The translations under genes were made by a program, and so were the position numbers. Positions 37,989-48,069 of a stretch of DNA of 64,000 bases are shown piece after piece (position 1 is the stretch's first letter; each line of letters opens with the position of its first letter). The DNA is from an uncultured Phycisphaerales bacterium (lineage in GTDB: Bacteria > Planctomycetota > Phycisphaerae > Phycisphaerales > UBA1924). A model generated the notes under the pieces. That model saw nothing but the letters and a program-made list of their open reading frames with translations, ran no database searches and was not told where the DNA came from. The stretch covers positions 3,896-67,895 of the forward strand of contig CAXAUD010000014.1 in assembly GCA_963972125.1 (NCBI GenBank). Direction: 5' to 3'.

Positions 37989-39074
37989 TCAGCTCAAGGC
38001 CGTCGCCTGCTGGGCACCGACAGACTGCTGGATCGCGGCAACGATCCGCTCCGCGGTACGGACATTCACGAACCCGGCCTCCGCGTCGATCGCGGGCTGG
38101 GTCGCGTCGCGTACGGCGTTGAGGAATGCCTCGATCTCCTTGACGATGGGCTCGCCGTCGTCGATCTCGAGGGGCTCGATGTTGATCAGTTCTGTCCAAT
38201 CCATGTCCGTCAGGTCCGCCCCCGCACGGAGCTGCTCACGCACCTCACGCATCTGAATCTCGTTGGCGGTGCGACGGATCATCGTGCCGGTCTTCGCGGC
38301 ATAATCGATCTTGATGTACCCGTTCTCACCCGTGATACGCGTCACACGCTCCGTCTTCATCGCGAGACGAGATGCGGTGATGTTCGCGACACACTGCCCG
38401 CCGCCCTCATCTTCGCTGAGGTTCCAGACGAGGCGTGCGTTGCAGAGGTCTTCAAACTCGGAGACGACGGCCACGCCGCTGGCGGTGACCTCGTCGGGTT
38501 CGCGACCGTTCATGAGCATCAGGACCACATCGAGATCGTGGATCATCATGTCCATCACAACGCCGATGTCGATCGACCGGAAGGTCATGGGCGAGACGCG
38601 GTGCACCTCCATAAACCGTGGAGTGATCGGCTCGCCGAAGCTCTCGGCCGCACGCTGCATCGCACGCATGATGGGATTGAAACGCTCGATGTGCCCAACC
38701 ATAAGACACGCGTTGTGTTCTTCGGCGATCTTCTTGATCTTCTCGGCCTCGTCCGCGCCCTGAGCGAGAGGCTTCTCGATGAGACACGCCACCCCCGCCT
38801 TGAGGAACGGCTCAGCACTCTTGAGGTGGAAAGTCGTCGGGACGGCGATCGAAACCGCATCAACGCCCTCAGCGAGGAGTTCTTCCTCGGTCGCGAAGGC
38901 CTTGCACCCAAACTTCTCAGCGTATTCCTGTGCCCGTTCGAGACTCGCATCAACAACGCCGACAAGCTCGACGCCTTCCATCTCCGCATAGACACGCGCG
39001 TGGTGACGCCCCATCCGACCAACACCAACAGCGCCACAGCGGAGCGGGCGATTGTTCGAAGAATCAGTACTCAT
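37989..39074 (-). CDS. Gfo/Idh/MocA family oxidoreductase
   Basis: 361 aa with an N-terminal Rossmann motif GAVGVGRMGRHHARVY, EKP in CLIEKPLA and a typical C-terminal alpha/beta domain. Confidence 0.85.
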   Translation of the reverse strand: MSTDSSNNRPLRCGAVGVGRMGRHHARVYAEMEGVELVGVVDASLERAQEYAEKFGCKAFATEEELLAEGVDAVSIAVPTTFHLKSAEPFLKAGVACLIEKPLAQGADEAEKIKKIAEEHNACLMVGHIERFNPIMRAMQRAAESFGEPITPRFMEVHRVSPMTFRSIDIGVVMDMMIHDLDVVLMLMNGREPDEVTASGVAVVSEFEDLCNARLVWNLSEDEGGGQCVANITASRLAMKTERVTRITGENGYIKIDYAAKTGTMIRRTANEIQMREVREQLRAGADLTDMDWTELINIEPLEIDDGEPIVKEIEAFLNAVRDATQPAIDAEAGFVNVRTAERIVAAIQQSVGAQQATALS

Positions 39075-39130
39075 ATTATTTCTCGTTTCCGCACGATCGT
39101 GCGTGGGTTTAACTCGCTCATCGTGCTCGA

Positions 39131-39460
39131 TCAGCTCAGCTCGGCGATCGCGGCCTCAAGGTCTTCCTTCTTCGTGAGACCCACAAACTTTTTCGCGACC
39201 TCGCCGTTCTTGAAAATCACCACGGTTGGGATGGCGCTGATGCCGTACTTCACCGCGATCTCCTGATTCGAATCGATGTCGACCTTGCCGACCTTCACCT
39301 TGCCCTCGCTCGAGTCAGCGACTTCGTCGATTGTCGGTGCGAGGATGCGGCACGGCATGCACCACTCCGCCCAGAAGTCCACCAGCACCGGCTCGCTCGC
39401 GCCGAGAACCTCGGCTTCGAAGTTGCTGTCGGTGAACTCCTTCACATTCGCGTTGGCCAT
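39131..39460 (-). CDS. trxA: thioredoxin
   Basis: About 109 aa from the ATG at 39460 (AAAGGA RBS). It has the thioredoxin fold motifs VLVDFWAEWCMPCR and GISAIPT. The active site is CMPC rather than the canonical CGPC. Confidence 0.88.
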   Translation of the reverse strand: MANANVKEFTDSNFEAEVLGASEPVLVDFWAEWCMPCRILAPTIDEVADSSEGKVKVGKVDIDSNQEIAVKYGISAIPTVVIFKNGEVAKKFVGLTKKEDLEAAIAELS

Positions 39461-39574
39461 CGCGTCGGATCCTTTCAATCAGTCGTCAACTCGCGAGATT
39501 TCGCGTATTCATCGCCCGCACGGGCATTTGTATCGTAGGTACGGGGCCCCCCATCGCCGGGCGTCAGCAGGTAA

Positions 39575-40489
39575 TTAATTCGCCGATTCCGTCGCAGAAA
39601 TACCGTCATTGCGGACAATCATTGCCCACGCGGCATCCAGCGCCTGGCGATGCGCCGCCACATCGTGCACCCGAAAAACCCGTGCCCCGCGTTGAAGATG
39701 CATCACAGAGAGCGCGATCGTAGCTGGAAGACGCTCAGAAGGTTCGGAATCGCGACCGAGACCAACACGCCCCACGAAGCTCTTTCTGCTCAGCGCACTC
39801 ATCACGGGGTGCCCCAGAGCAACAATGCTCGGGGACGATTCGATCAACTCCAGATTCTGAGCCACATCCTTCCCGAACCCGAGCCCGGGATCCAGCATGA
39901 TGCTCTGCTGGTGGACGCCGGCGTCCACCGCACGGTCGCGGACGCTGCGGAGCGATTCCACCACACGGGCCGTGATCGACCCCGCGACGGGGGCCCGCGT
40001 GTACTGATCCGAGAACTGGTCTTCTTCCGGCGGTCGCTCCCGATGCATCAGGATCAAGCCGCAGCCCGATTCCGAGGCGAGACTCAGCATCCCGTCGTCC
40101 TCCATCCCCGCCGAGACATCATTGATCGCGTCCGCGCCGACCCGCAACGCGGCACGCGCGGTCTCGGCGCGTGTCGTATCGATCGTGATCGCCAGCTCAA
40201 TCCCCGCGTCGCGGATCGCCCGGATCACCGGCACCACACGGTCGATCTGCTGGCACGCGTTGATCCGCTTTGCCCCCGGGCGGGTAGACTCGCCCCCGAT
40301 GTCGATCGCATCCGCCCCCTCATCTCGCATACGCCTGGCGCGTTCGACCGCCTGTTCGGGTGTGTTGTACACCCCACCGTCCGCGAATGAATCCGGGGTG
40401 ATATTGAGTATCCCAACGAGAAACGGGCGATCCAGATGGATCGCCCGTTCGTGATTGAGTCTCCAAACTGATCCGGGCGTGCTGCTCAT
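39575..40489 (-). CDS. folP: dihydropteroate synthase
   Basis: Contains VGILNITPDSFADGG, DIGGESTRPG, INDVSAG and GFGK motifs. The ATG at 40489 is preferred. Confidence 0.9.
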   Translation of the reverse strand: MSSTPGSVWRLNHERAIHLDRPFLVGILNITPDSFADGGVYNTPEQAVERARRMRDEGADAIDIGGESTRPGAKRINACQQIDRVVPVIRAIRDAGIELAITIDTTRAETARAALRVGADAINDVSAGMEDDGMLSLASESGCGLILMHRERPPEEDQFSDQYTRAPVAGSITARVVESLRSVRDRAVDAGVHQQSIMLDPGLGFGKDVAQNLELIESSPSIVALGHPVMSALSRKSFVGRVGLGRDSEPSERLPATIALSVMHLQRGARVFRVHDVAAHRQALDAAWAMIVRNDGISATESAN

Positions 40490-40538
40490 AGGCAATTGTG
40501 CCGAGCAACTCACCGAGATCAAGCAGCGGAACGACAGT

Positions 40539-42284
40539 TCAGAAATCCATCTGCTCGCCGCCGTTGTGCTGCATCGCATTCATCTCATCGAAGATGTGCA
40601 TGGCCTTATCCATGGTCTGCATGGGGATAACGGTGCGGAAGAGCATCCCGCCGCCGTCTGCCGTGAGTGCCATCCCCAGCGGGGGAAGCGACTCGACCGG
40701 CTCGAACTCGGGGATGAGCCCGAACATCATCGCCATCGGGCCCGCGGTATTCGCGAGATGATCGGCACCGATGTACATCTCCATGACCCGGTTGTCCGGG
40801 AGCATGTCGCGCGTCTTCTGGATCGCGGCAACGGAGCCCATGGTGTTGTTGCCCTTCGCCGCATCAACCGCCTTGCCAAGCAGGGTGGGGTTCTGCGACA
40901 TGGTGAGGACGAGCCCGTGATCACCCGCAGGTGCGATGTATCCGGATGGGCCATTGCCCCCGAACATCATCTGCATCATCATCGCAGGGTTCGGGCCGCC
41001 CATGCCGCCGTTCATTCCCTGCATCTGGGTCATGTCCATGAGGACCTCAAAGCCGTACGCCTCGATGCCATTGATCTCGGTCGGCTCCTCGTCGATGGAC
41101 GCGTTCATTTCGACACCGGCCTCAGCCAACTGTGCCATCTGGTCGTTCATGTCCTCGTACATTTTACGCGTGGAATCGATATACCCCTTGGGGTTGTCAA
41201 CCTCTGCGTAATAGAGCGTGTTGGTAAACAGCCCGCCCATGATGTTGTCGGAAGCGCCCATGACCTGGATGCCGCCTTTGACACCCGAGAGCATCGCCTT
41301 CATGTCGAACGCACCCATTGCGCCGGTGGTATCCATATCCTTGATGAGATCCATGTACTCATTCAGGAATCGCTGGATCCCACTCCCTGACATGTCGTAC
41401 GACGCCGCAAAGAAGTAATCAATGTTCGGGACATTGGAGAAGTACTTCCCGGCATTCCCGTTGTTGTTCAGATATTCCGATGTCGAGGAGTCATCCTTGA
41501 ACTGGAGCCCGAAATCGAAGGACACCCCGGCGCCCTGATCAAAGCTCATCCCGGCGGCGAAGCTCAGCGCGTCGTTCGCAACCGTGCGCATCGCGTTGAG
41601 CATCTGGTCGAAGCCCTGAGCAGCTTCCGCGCCGCCCATCATCTCGATCATCTCACCTTGCGACTCCATCTCCTGGAGCCCCATGTCGATCTCGTCCTGG
41701 AACTGAGGGATGTTCACGAAGAAGAAGACATCGTTGTGGTCCGCGATGCGTGAACCCGCACGCCCCAGCGCCTTCGCGTGTGACTTGAGATTGCCCGATT
41801 CCCCGTCATACTCGCGGACATCTTCCGCAAACTCACCCATGACCGCGAAGCCACCACCGAGATTGCGGAGGTACATGGTCTGGTCGCCCATAGGCATCTC
41901 GTGGACCCCATCGACCCCCTTCTGTTCATTCGTGAACGCGTTGTAATCGCTCACCGGAATGAGGAAGACCATGTCGGGCTCCTCCTGATGCTCTTCCATG
42001 CTCAGGACGGCGGCCATCGAACCCTCGAGGTTGATGCCCGGCATGCCGCGGATCATCGCGGTCACCATGTTGAGCATCGGCTCGCCCTGATCACCAAGGA
42101 TCGCGTTGATCGAGTTGATGTCGTTGAGAAGCTCACCCAACTCCGGGACGACCACCACGGCCTGGGTGTCAGCCGGAACGCGATCCAGCGCCTCGGGAGT
42201 ACCCGCGATCGCGGGAAGTGCGATCAGAGCTGGGAGCGAGCAACAAAGCATTGTGCGGTTGATACGGAGTGCAGATCGCTGCAT
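40539..42284 (-). CDS. hypothetical secreted protein with Met/Gly-rich segment
   Basis: About 581 aa from the ATG at 42284 (AGGAAAGGA RBS). It has a signal peptide (MLCCSLPALIALPAIAG) and a Met-rich stretch MTQMQGMNGGMGGPNPAMMMQMMFGGNG. I recognised no family. Confidence 0.6.
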   Translation of the reverse strand: MQRSALRINRTMLCCSLPALIALPAIAGTPEALDRVPADTQAVVVVPELGELLNDINSINAILGDQGEPMLNMVTAMIRGMPGINLEGSMAAVLSMEEHQEEPDMVFLIPVSDYNAFTNEQKGVDGVHEMPMGDQTMYLRNLGGGFAVMGEFAEDVREYDGESGNLKSHAKALGRAGSRIADHNDVFFFVNIPQFQDEIDMGLQEMESQGEMIEMMGGAEAAQGFDQMLNAMRTVANDALSFAAGMSFDQGAGVSFDFGLQFKDDSSTSEYLNNNGNAGKYFSNVPNIDYFFAASYDMSGSGIQRFLNEYMDLIKDMDTTGAMGAFDMKAMLSGVKGGIQVMGASDNIMGGLFTNTLYYAEVDNPKGYIDSTRKMYEDMNDQMAQLAEAGVEMNASIDEEPTEINGIEAYGFEVLMDMTQMQGMNGGMGGPNPAMMMQMMFGGNGPSGYIAPAGDHGLVLTMSQNPTLLGKAVDAAKGNNTMGSVAAIQKTRDMLPDNRVMEMYIGADHLANTAGPMAMMFGLIPEFEPVESLPPLGMALTADGGGMLFRTVIPMQTMDKAMHIFDEMNAMQHNGGEQMDF

Positions 42285-42452
42285 GAAGTGTGTCCTTTCC
42301 TCGTGTGCAAACCGGCCCGTACGGTGCAGGCAGATTGGTGTGCAATATGATTGGGGCAATTCCCCACTCGGTTTCAGTTAAACTGGTCAGATCAATAAAA
42401 ACACCCCAAAACAGGGGTGTGCATGGAGCCCAACAAGCCCTCTCATGCCCAT

Positions 42453-45400
42453 TCAGCGGACGGGCTCCGTGGTGGGCGATTCATCCTCTTCGTACTCGTC
42501 TTCCTCGTACTCAAGCTCCTCATCGCCCTCTTCATCACTGGATGAAGCGTCCTCGAGTTCGTATTCGTCCTCCTCGAGATCCTCGGGGTCGATCGGGTTG
42601 CCCTCTTCATCGACATACTCGTATTCGACTTCTTCGTCTTCCTCTTCGGCCTCTTCCTCGTACTCGGCTTCGGGGTCCTCATCCTCAGACTCCTCGTCCT
42701 CCTCATACTCAGCTTCGACCTCCTCGTCGTACTCTTCTTCGCCCTCTTCATCCCCCTCTTCGTCTTCGAGAGAATCCTCTTCGATTTCGTACTCCTCTTC
42801 CTCTTCCGCGTCGTCTTCTGACGCATCTTCGAGTTCGAGATCCGCGTCCTCTTCATCCTCGGAATCGAGTGTGCCGTGCACGACGACGCCCGGTGCGGGC
42901 TCATCGGTCTCGAAGGGTGGCTCCTCGTCGAGCTCGCCCGACTCTTCCTCAACGAACATCGATGTCTGGTGCGGATCCTCGGGTTCGGCACTCGCGCCGT
43001 TGCCCGCAAGTTGCTGTCGGCGTTGATCCTCCGCGACGAGTTCCTTCATCGCGTCCCATTCCTCGATCGAGATCAGGACATCACGCGCGACGGACCCCTT
43101 GTGATCCGACAAGATCCCCGCGATGCCCATCAGGTCGATCAGACGCGAAGCGCGCGTGTACCCGATCGCGAGACGACGCTGCAGGAGCGATACCGACCCG
43201 CGCTTGGTTTCGAGGACGATCTCGACCGCCCGATCGAACATCGGGTCTTCCTGTGCTGCCTTGAGTGACGCAGACGAGTTGTTCTCGGAGAGGTAGATGC
43301 GTTCCTCGTCCTCGTCCATCCCGCCCTTGACCTGCATGAGCGAGCGCTCGAAGCTCGGGGCCGCGATGTCCTTGAGGAACCGCACAACGCGCCGGATCTC
43401 CTTGTCGTCCACGAGGGTGCCCTGCGCACGCGAGAGCTTGTGGCTGCTCGGGGACAGGTGGAGCATGTCGCCCTGACCCAGGAGCAGCTCGCCGCCCTTC
43501 TGATCGAGGACGATCCGTGAGTCCATGCCCGACGCGACCTTGAACGCGATGCGGCAGGGCATATTGGACTTGATCAGACCCGTCACGACATTCGCCTGTG
43601 GGCGCTGGGTGGCCAGGATGAGGTGGATGCCCACCGCACGCGCCTTCTGGGCGATGCGGATGATCGAGCCCTCGACCTCCTTGTTCGTCATCATCAGGTC
43701 CGCGAGCTCGTCGATGATGAACACCATGTAGGGGAGCTTCTTTGGCACGCGCATCGCCTGCTCTTCCGTCTGGATTTCCAGACGCTCTTTGAGCTCGTCC
43801 CATTCCAGCTCGTTGTACCCCGAGATATCGCGGCAGCCGGCCTTGGCGAGCAGCTCGTACCGCTCGTCCATCTTCGTGACCGCCCATTCGAGGATCGCCG
43901 CGGCTTTGGGCATCTCCGTCACGACGGGGCACATCAGGTGCGGGATGTCCTTGAACTGGGACATTTCGACCATCTTGGGGTCGACCAGCACGAGCTTGAG
44001 CTCGTCGGGCTTCTTGGTGTACAGGAACGACATGATGATCGTGTTCATGCACACGGACTTACCTGAGCCCGTGGTACCCGCGATCAGCATGTGAGGCATC
44101 TTCGTGAGATCCGAGATCAACGGATCGCCCGACGCGTCCTTACCCAGGAACATCGGGAGCTTCATACCCTCGAAGCGTTCACGATTGCTCATCAGTTCCT
44201 TGAGGCGCACCCGCTCCTTGGTTGGGTTCGGGACCTCGATCCCGATCGTGTCGCGTCCTTCCATGTTGGACACCACGCGAATGTTGACCGCTTTGAGCGA
44301 ACGCGCAAGGTCACTCTCAATCGCGTTGATCTGCGCGACCTTGGTGCCCGGCGCGAGACGGATGTGATAGAGCGTGATCGCGGGGCCGGACTCGATATCG
44401 ACGACCTCGCCGTTGATCTTGTACTCCTGCATCGCGCTCTCGAGTGCCTCGGCCTGCTCACGGACGAGCGACTCGAGCTTCTCGTTGAACCCGATCTCGG
44501 GCTCCTCAAGCAGCTCCATCGTCGGGAACTTGTACCCCTCGAGCGATTGAACATCCTGGAACTCCGCGAGGTCCTCGTCGGTCGCCATCTCCTTTTCCTG
44601 CTGCGCAAAGCGGACAGGCAGCTTGGCGATCTTCTCACGCAGGTCCTCGTTGTCAAAGACTTGGGGCGCGCCGGGGACATCGTCCTCCTCCTCGTACTCG
44701 TCGTACTCGTCTTCAACCTCGACAGGCTTGGGGACGGGGCGTACACGGGTCTTGGGTTTGGACTTCCGCTTGAGCTCGCCCTCGTTGGTCTCGTCGTCGA
44801 TCGGCTTGACCTCGACCATGTCCTCATCAATATCGTTGATGCGGACCATCACGGGCTTGGGCTTCTTCTGCATCATCGAGCGCAGGCCGGCAAGGAGACC
44901 GCCGCTTGCTTTTCGGGTCTCTTCGCTCGCGCGGTCTGTCGCGGCATTCGCGGACGAGGCGGTGCGTTCCGCGATCGCCCCGGCCTTCTCACGCGTGAAC
45001 GCGAGCGCGGGGACCATCCGGTTCCAGATCGCGACGGGGACCGTAACCACATACTTATCGCAGCACACGATCAGGCCGATGATCGTCGCGAGTCCGATCC
45101 AGAGCAGCGATCCGAGCAGCGCAAACTTGGGCAGCATTGTCGAAGCCCCCACAACCCCCATGGTGCCCCCCACCAACCCCGGGAGCGGACCGGCGCTGGG
45201 GAAGAGAATCTGGAGCAGCACGCACAGCGACGCGGTGAGGATCAACGCACCCGTTGCCCGAACGATCGGCTGCGTCATGGGCCGGCGCGCCACACGCAAC
45301 GCGATCAGCACGCCGACGAACATCATCGGGATGATGACCCCGATCCCGAGCGTCCGCAGAAGCCCGTACGCCACATGAGCACCGATCGGGCCTGTCCAGT

Positions 45401-45608
45401 TCTGGGTCTGCGGGTTGTTGGGATAGATCGCGTGCGACGGCGCATCCCCGGCGTCAAAGCTCACCAATCCGACAAGCACGAACAGCCACAGCACCCCCAA
45501 CGCGAGCCAGCCGATCCGCATCAGGAGCTTCTGCTGCTCAGAGAGCTCCGTATCCTGTCCAGACACGCGGTAGGGCTTGGACGTCTTCTTCTTGGTAGTT
45601 CGCGCCAT
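42453..45608 (-). CDS. ftsK: DNA translocase FtsK/SpoIIIE with polyacidic C-terminal tail
   Basis: 1051 aa. It has N-terminal TM helices, a linker, a motor domain (Walker A GTTGSGKSVCMN, Walker B FIIDELADL) and a gamma winged-helix (SVSLLQRRLAIGYTRASRLIDLM). An Asp/Glu-rich tail of about 190 aa follows. Confidence 0.92.
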   Translation of the reverse strand: MARTTKKKTSKPYRVSGQDTELSEQQKLLMRIGWLALGVLWLFVLVGLVSFDAGDAPSHAIYPNNPQTQNWTGPIGAHVAYGLLRTLGIGVIIPMMFVGVLIALRVARRPMTQPIVRATGALILTASLCVLLQILFPSAGPLPGLVGGTMGVVGASTMLPKFALLGSLLWIGLATIIGLIVCCDKYVVTVPVAIWNRMVPALAFTREKAGAIAERTASSANAATDRASEETRKASGGLLAGLRSMMQKKPKPVMVRINDIDEDMVEVKPIDDETNEGELKRKSKPKTRVRPVPKPVEVEDEYDEYEEEDDVPGAPQVFDNEDLREKIAKLPVRFAQQEKEMATDEDLAEFQDVQSLEGYKFPTMELLEEPEIGFNEKLESLVREQAEALESAMQEYKINGEVVDIESGPAITLYHIRLAPGTKVAQINAIESDLARSLKAVNIRVVSNMEGRDTIGIEVPNPTKERVRLKELMSNRERFEGMKLPMFLGKDASGDPLISDLTKMPHMLIAGTTGSGKSVCMNTIIMSFLYTKKPDELKLVLVDPKMVEMSQFKDIPHLMCPVVTEMPKAAAILEWAVTKMDERYELLAKAGCRDISGYNELEWDELKERLEIQTEEQAMRVPKKLPYMVFIIDELADLMMTNKEVEGSIIRIAQKARAVGIHLILATQRPQANVVTGLIKSNMPCRIAFKVASGMDSRIVLDQKGGELLLGQGDMLHLSPSSHKLSRAQGTLVDDKEIRRVVRFLKDIAAPSFERSLMQVKGGMDEDEERIYLSENNSSASLKAAQEDPMFDRAVEIVLETKRGSVSLLQRRLAIGYTRASRLIDLMGIAGILSDHKGSVARDVLISIEEWDAMKELVAEDQRRQQLAGNGASAEPEDPHQTSMFVEEESGELDEEPPFETDEPAPGVVVHGTLDSEDEEDADLELEDASEDDAEEEEEYEIEEDSLEDEEGDEEGEEEYDEEVEAEYEEDEESEDEDPEAEYEEEAEEEDEEVEYEYVDEEGNPIDPEDLEEDEYELEDASSSDEEGDEELEYEEDEYEEDESPTTEPVR

Positions 45609-45702
45609 AACATCGCATTATCGGCCACTCGGCTACAATCACCCCAAATTTCGACCTCAACTGAGGCTCAAATTTGCCCCATTGCACGGGTAAAATCCCC
45701 GA

Positions 45703-48069
45703 TCAGGGGCACCCGGCATCGAAGGCGACAAGAAAGGCGGAGACATCGAAGAAGCTGAGCTCGCCGTCACCGTTGAAGTCGACCGCGAGATCACCGTCGA
45801 GGTAGGCGACGAGGAAGGCGGAGATGTCGAAGAAGTTGAGTGAGCCGTCGCCGTTGAGGTCGGGGAGGCAGGCAGCCGCAGACCCGATTTGATTCTTGAG
45901 CACACTGATAAACGAGCTATCAGAGTTCGCCACGACCACATCGGCGTCACCATCGCCGTCGATATCGCCGACCGCGAGGCTCCTCGGGTCCTGCCCGACG
46001 CCGAACCTGGTCGAGTCGCCAAAGACGCCGCCGCCATCGTTCTTCAGGACGCAGATCGCGTTCCTGCCGTAGAGCGCAAGGATCAGATCAATGTCCCCAT
46101 CCCCGTCGATATCCTCGAGCGCGACACCATAGTTTGCAGCGCCGACCAGCGTAGGAATGTTGATCTGCGGGGCGAAAGTGCCATCGCCGTGATTGAGGAG
46201 CAGGCTCAGCTCGTTAAAGTCAGTTACTAAGAGGTCGAGATCGCCGTCCTGATCGACATCACCGATCCCGATTCGCCTCGGGTTGTACCCGACCCCGAAG
46301 CCGACCCCGACGCCGAACGAGCCCGCCCCGTCGTTCTCCAAAATGACCACTTCTCGCCGGGTGACACTGGTCACAGCGATATCGAGATCGCCGTCGCCAT
46401 CAAAATCACCGAGCCCGAGATCTCGGAGCCGCTCTGCCGCATCGAAGTAGACAAAGGGGCCGAAGTCGCCACCCCCGAGGTTCTTCGAGATACCCACGCT
46501 GTCACTGCCATCGCACATCACGGCCAGATCAAGGTCCCCATCGCCATCCAGATCACCGAACCGCGCGGCCAATGGGAATGACTCAATATGGAAACGCGCG
46601 TGCTCCGTAAAGAACCCGTCACCCTGATTGAGCAGGAGCACGACCTCATCCATCACCGCCTGGGCAACCGCCATATCCAGATCACCATCGCCGTCCACGT
46701 CCCCGAGAACAACGCGGGCGGGATCCTTCCCCGTCACATAGTCCTGGTGCGGCTCGAACACACCATCGCCCACATTCCGCAGCACGCTCACGCCGTCGGC
46801 GAGCGCGACGGTCGTGACGATGTCAAGGAGCCCATCACCGTCAATATCGCCGAGCTCAACATCCCAGGGCACGAGTCCGACCTCATAACTGTCGGGCGAT
46901 GACAACGCGCCCGTCTCCTCATCGAACAAAAAGATGCTCGTGTCCTGGCTGAGCCTGTTCGTCACCGCCATGTCCATATGCCCGTCGCCATTCAGGTCCC
47001 CCAGCGCCACACTCGTCGGCTCGATGCCGGCCTGCAACACGGTGTGCGTCGAAAAATCACCACTGCCATCGTTCAGTAAAACGCTCGCTGTATCACCCCC
47101 ACTATTCGCGATAACCAAGTCCGGATCACCGTCGCCATCGAGATCGCCAACCCGCACACTCATCGGCAGCTCCCCCACCGCATACTGCGCCTGCGACCCA
47201 AAGGTCCCATCCCCGGAGTTGAGCAGCACGCCGAGCGAGTCATTCCCAAAGAGCGCGACGATGATGTCGATATCGCCGTCCAGATCGACATCACCCAATG
47301 TGAGGCCGGTGGGGCTCTCGCTGAACGCGTACCGCTCCTGCAACACGAAGCTCCCGCCACCGAGGTTGAGCAGCACGCTCGCGTCATCGCTGACAATGCT
47401 GGTAACGACCATGTCAAGGTCCCCATCGGAGTCGATATCACCGAGGGCGATGCCCCAGGGCTTCATGCCTGCGTCAAAGCTCGATGGCATCAGGAAACTC
47501 CCGTCGCCCTCGTTGAGAAGCATGCTCAGGTCATCGCTTTCCGAGTTTGCAACGACCATATCCAGATCGCCGTCCGCATCCAGATCGCCCAGCGCGATGC
47601 TCAACGGGTTGTCACCCGCGGGCAGTCGAACCTGTGCACCGAACACACCGCCACCATCATTCAGGAGCACGCTGATGTCGTCGCTGTGCGCGTTGGGGAT
47701 CACCATGTCCAGATCGCCGTCGCCATCGAGATCACCCAGCGCGACTTGCCTCGGAGATTCTCCGGTTGCGTATTGGACATTCTCCTCGTATGTTGCGTCG
47801 CCCCGATTGATCAGCACATGAACATGGTCGCCCTGCTCGCTCACAACGGACATGTCCGTGTCGCCATCGCCATCGAGGTCACCCAGGGCAACATGCACAG
47901 GGCGTGTGTCCGTCACCACCCTCTGCCCGGGGAACTGTGGCCCACCGCCATCCTGACCATGCGCAGTCGCAGCCATCGTGAGCAGCAGACCCAAACAGAA
48001 CAGCCCTTTACTGAGCGTTTCATGGTTCCGAGCGCCGAAATGTCGTTCAAAAATCCCCTGTATCATCAT
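45703..48069 (-). CDS. FG-GAP/VCBS repeat protein with C-terminal dockerin-like (EF-hand-like) module ending GCP
   Basis: It has a signal peptide (LFCLGLLLTMAATAHG) and about 14 repeats of the type GD(L/I/V)DGDGD.D...N......(L/F)LN.G.G.F. The C-terminus is DLNGDGSLNFFDISAFL...DFNGDGELSFFDVSAFLVAFDAGCP. The start at 48069 is uncertain. Confidence 0.85.
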   Translation of the reverse strand: MMIQGIFERHFGARNHETLSKGLFCLGLLLTMAATAHGQDGGGPQFPGQRVVTDTRPVHVALGDLDGDGDTDMSVVSEQGDHVHVLINRGDATYEENVQYATGESPRQVALGDLDGDGDLDMVIPNAHSDDISVLLNDGGGVFGAQVRLPAGDNPLSIALGDLDADGDLDMVVANSESDDLSMLLNEGDGSFLMPSSFDAGMKPWGIALGDIDSDGDLDMVVTSIVSDDASVLLNLGGGSFVLQERYAFSESPTGLTLGDVDLDGDIDIIVALFGNDSLGVLLNSGDGTFGSQAQYAVGELPMSVRVGDLDGDGDPDLVIANSGGDTASVLLNDGSGDFSTHTVLQAGIEPTSVALGDLNGDGHMDMAVTNRLSQDTSIFLFDEETGALSSPDSYEVGLVPWDVELGDIDGDGLLDIVTTVALADGVSVLRNVGDGVFEPHQDYVTGKDPARVVLGDVDGDGDLDMAVAQAVMDEVVLLLNQGDGFFTEHARFHIESFPLAARFGDLDGDGDLDLAVMCDGSDSVGISKNLGGGDFGPFVYFDAAERLRDLGLGDFDGDGDLDIAVTSVTRREVVILENDGAGSFGVGVGFGVGYNPRRIGIGDVDQDGDLDLLVTDFNELSLLLNHGDGTFAPQINIPTLVGAANYGVALEDIDGDGDIDLILALYGRNAICVLKNDGGGVFGDSTRFGVGQDPRSLAVGDIDGDGDADVVVANSDSSFISVLKNQIGSAAACLPDLNGDGSLNFFDISAFLVAYLDGDLAVDFNGDGELSFFDVSAFLVAFDAGCP

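Noticed and set aside
42445-43026. Plus-strand ORF encoding a poly-Ser/Tyr protein (SSSSYSSSS...).
   Set aside because: It is the reverse-complement reading of the GAA/GAG/GAC-rich tract that encodes the acidic FtsK tail. That tail is in frame with the FtsK motor and gamma domains.
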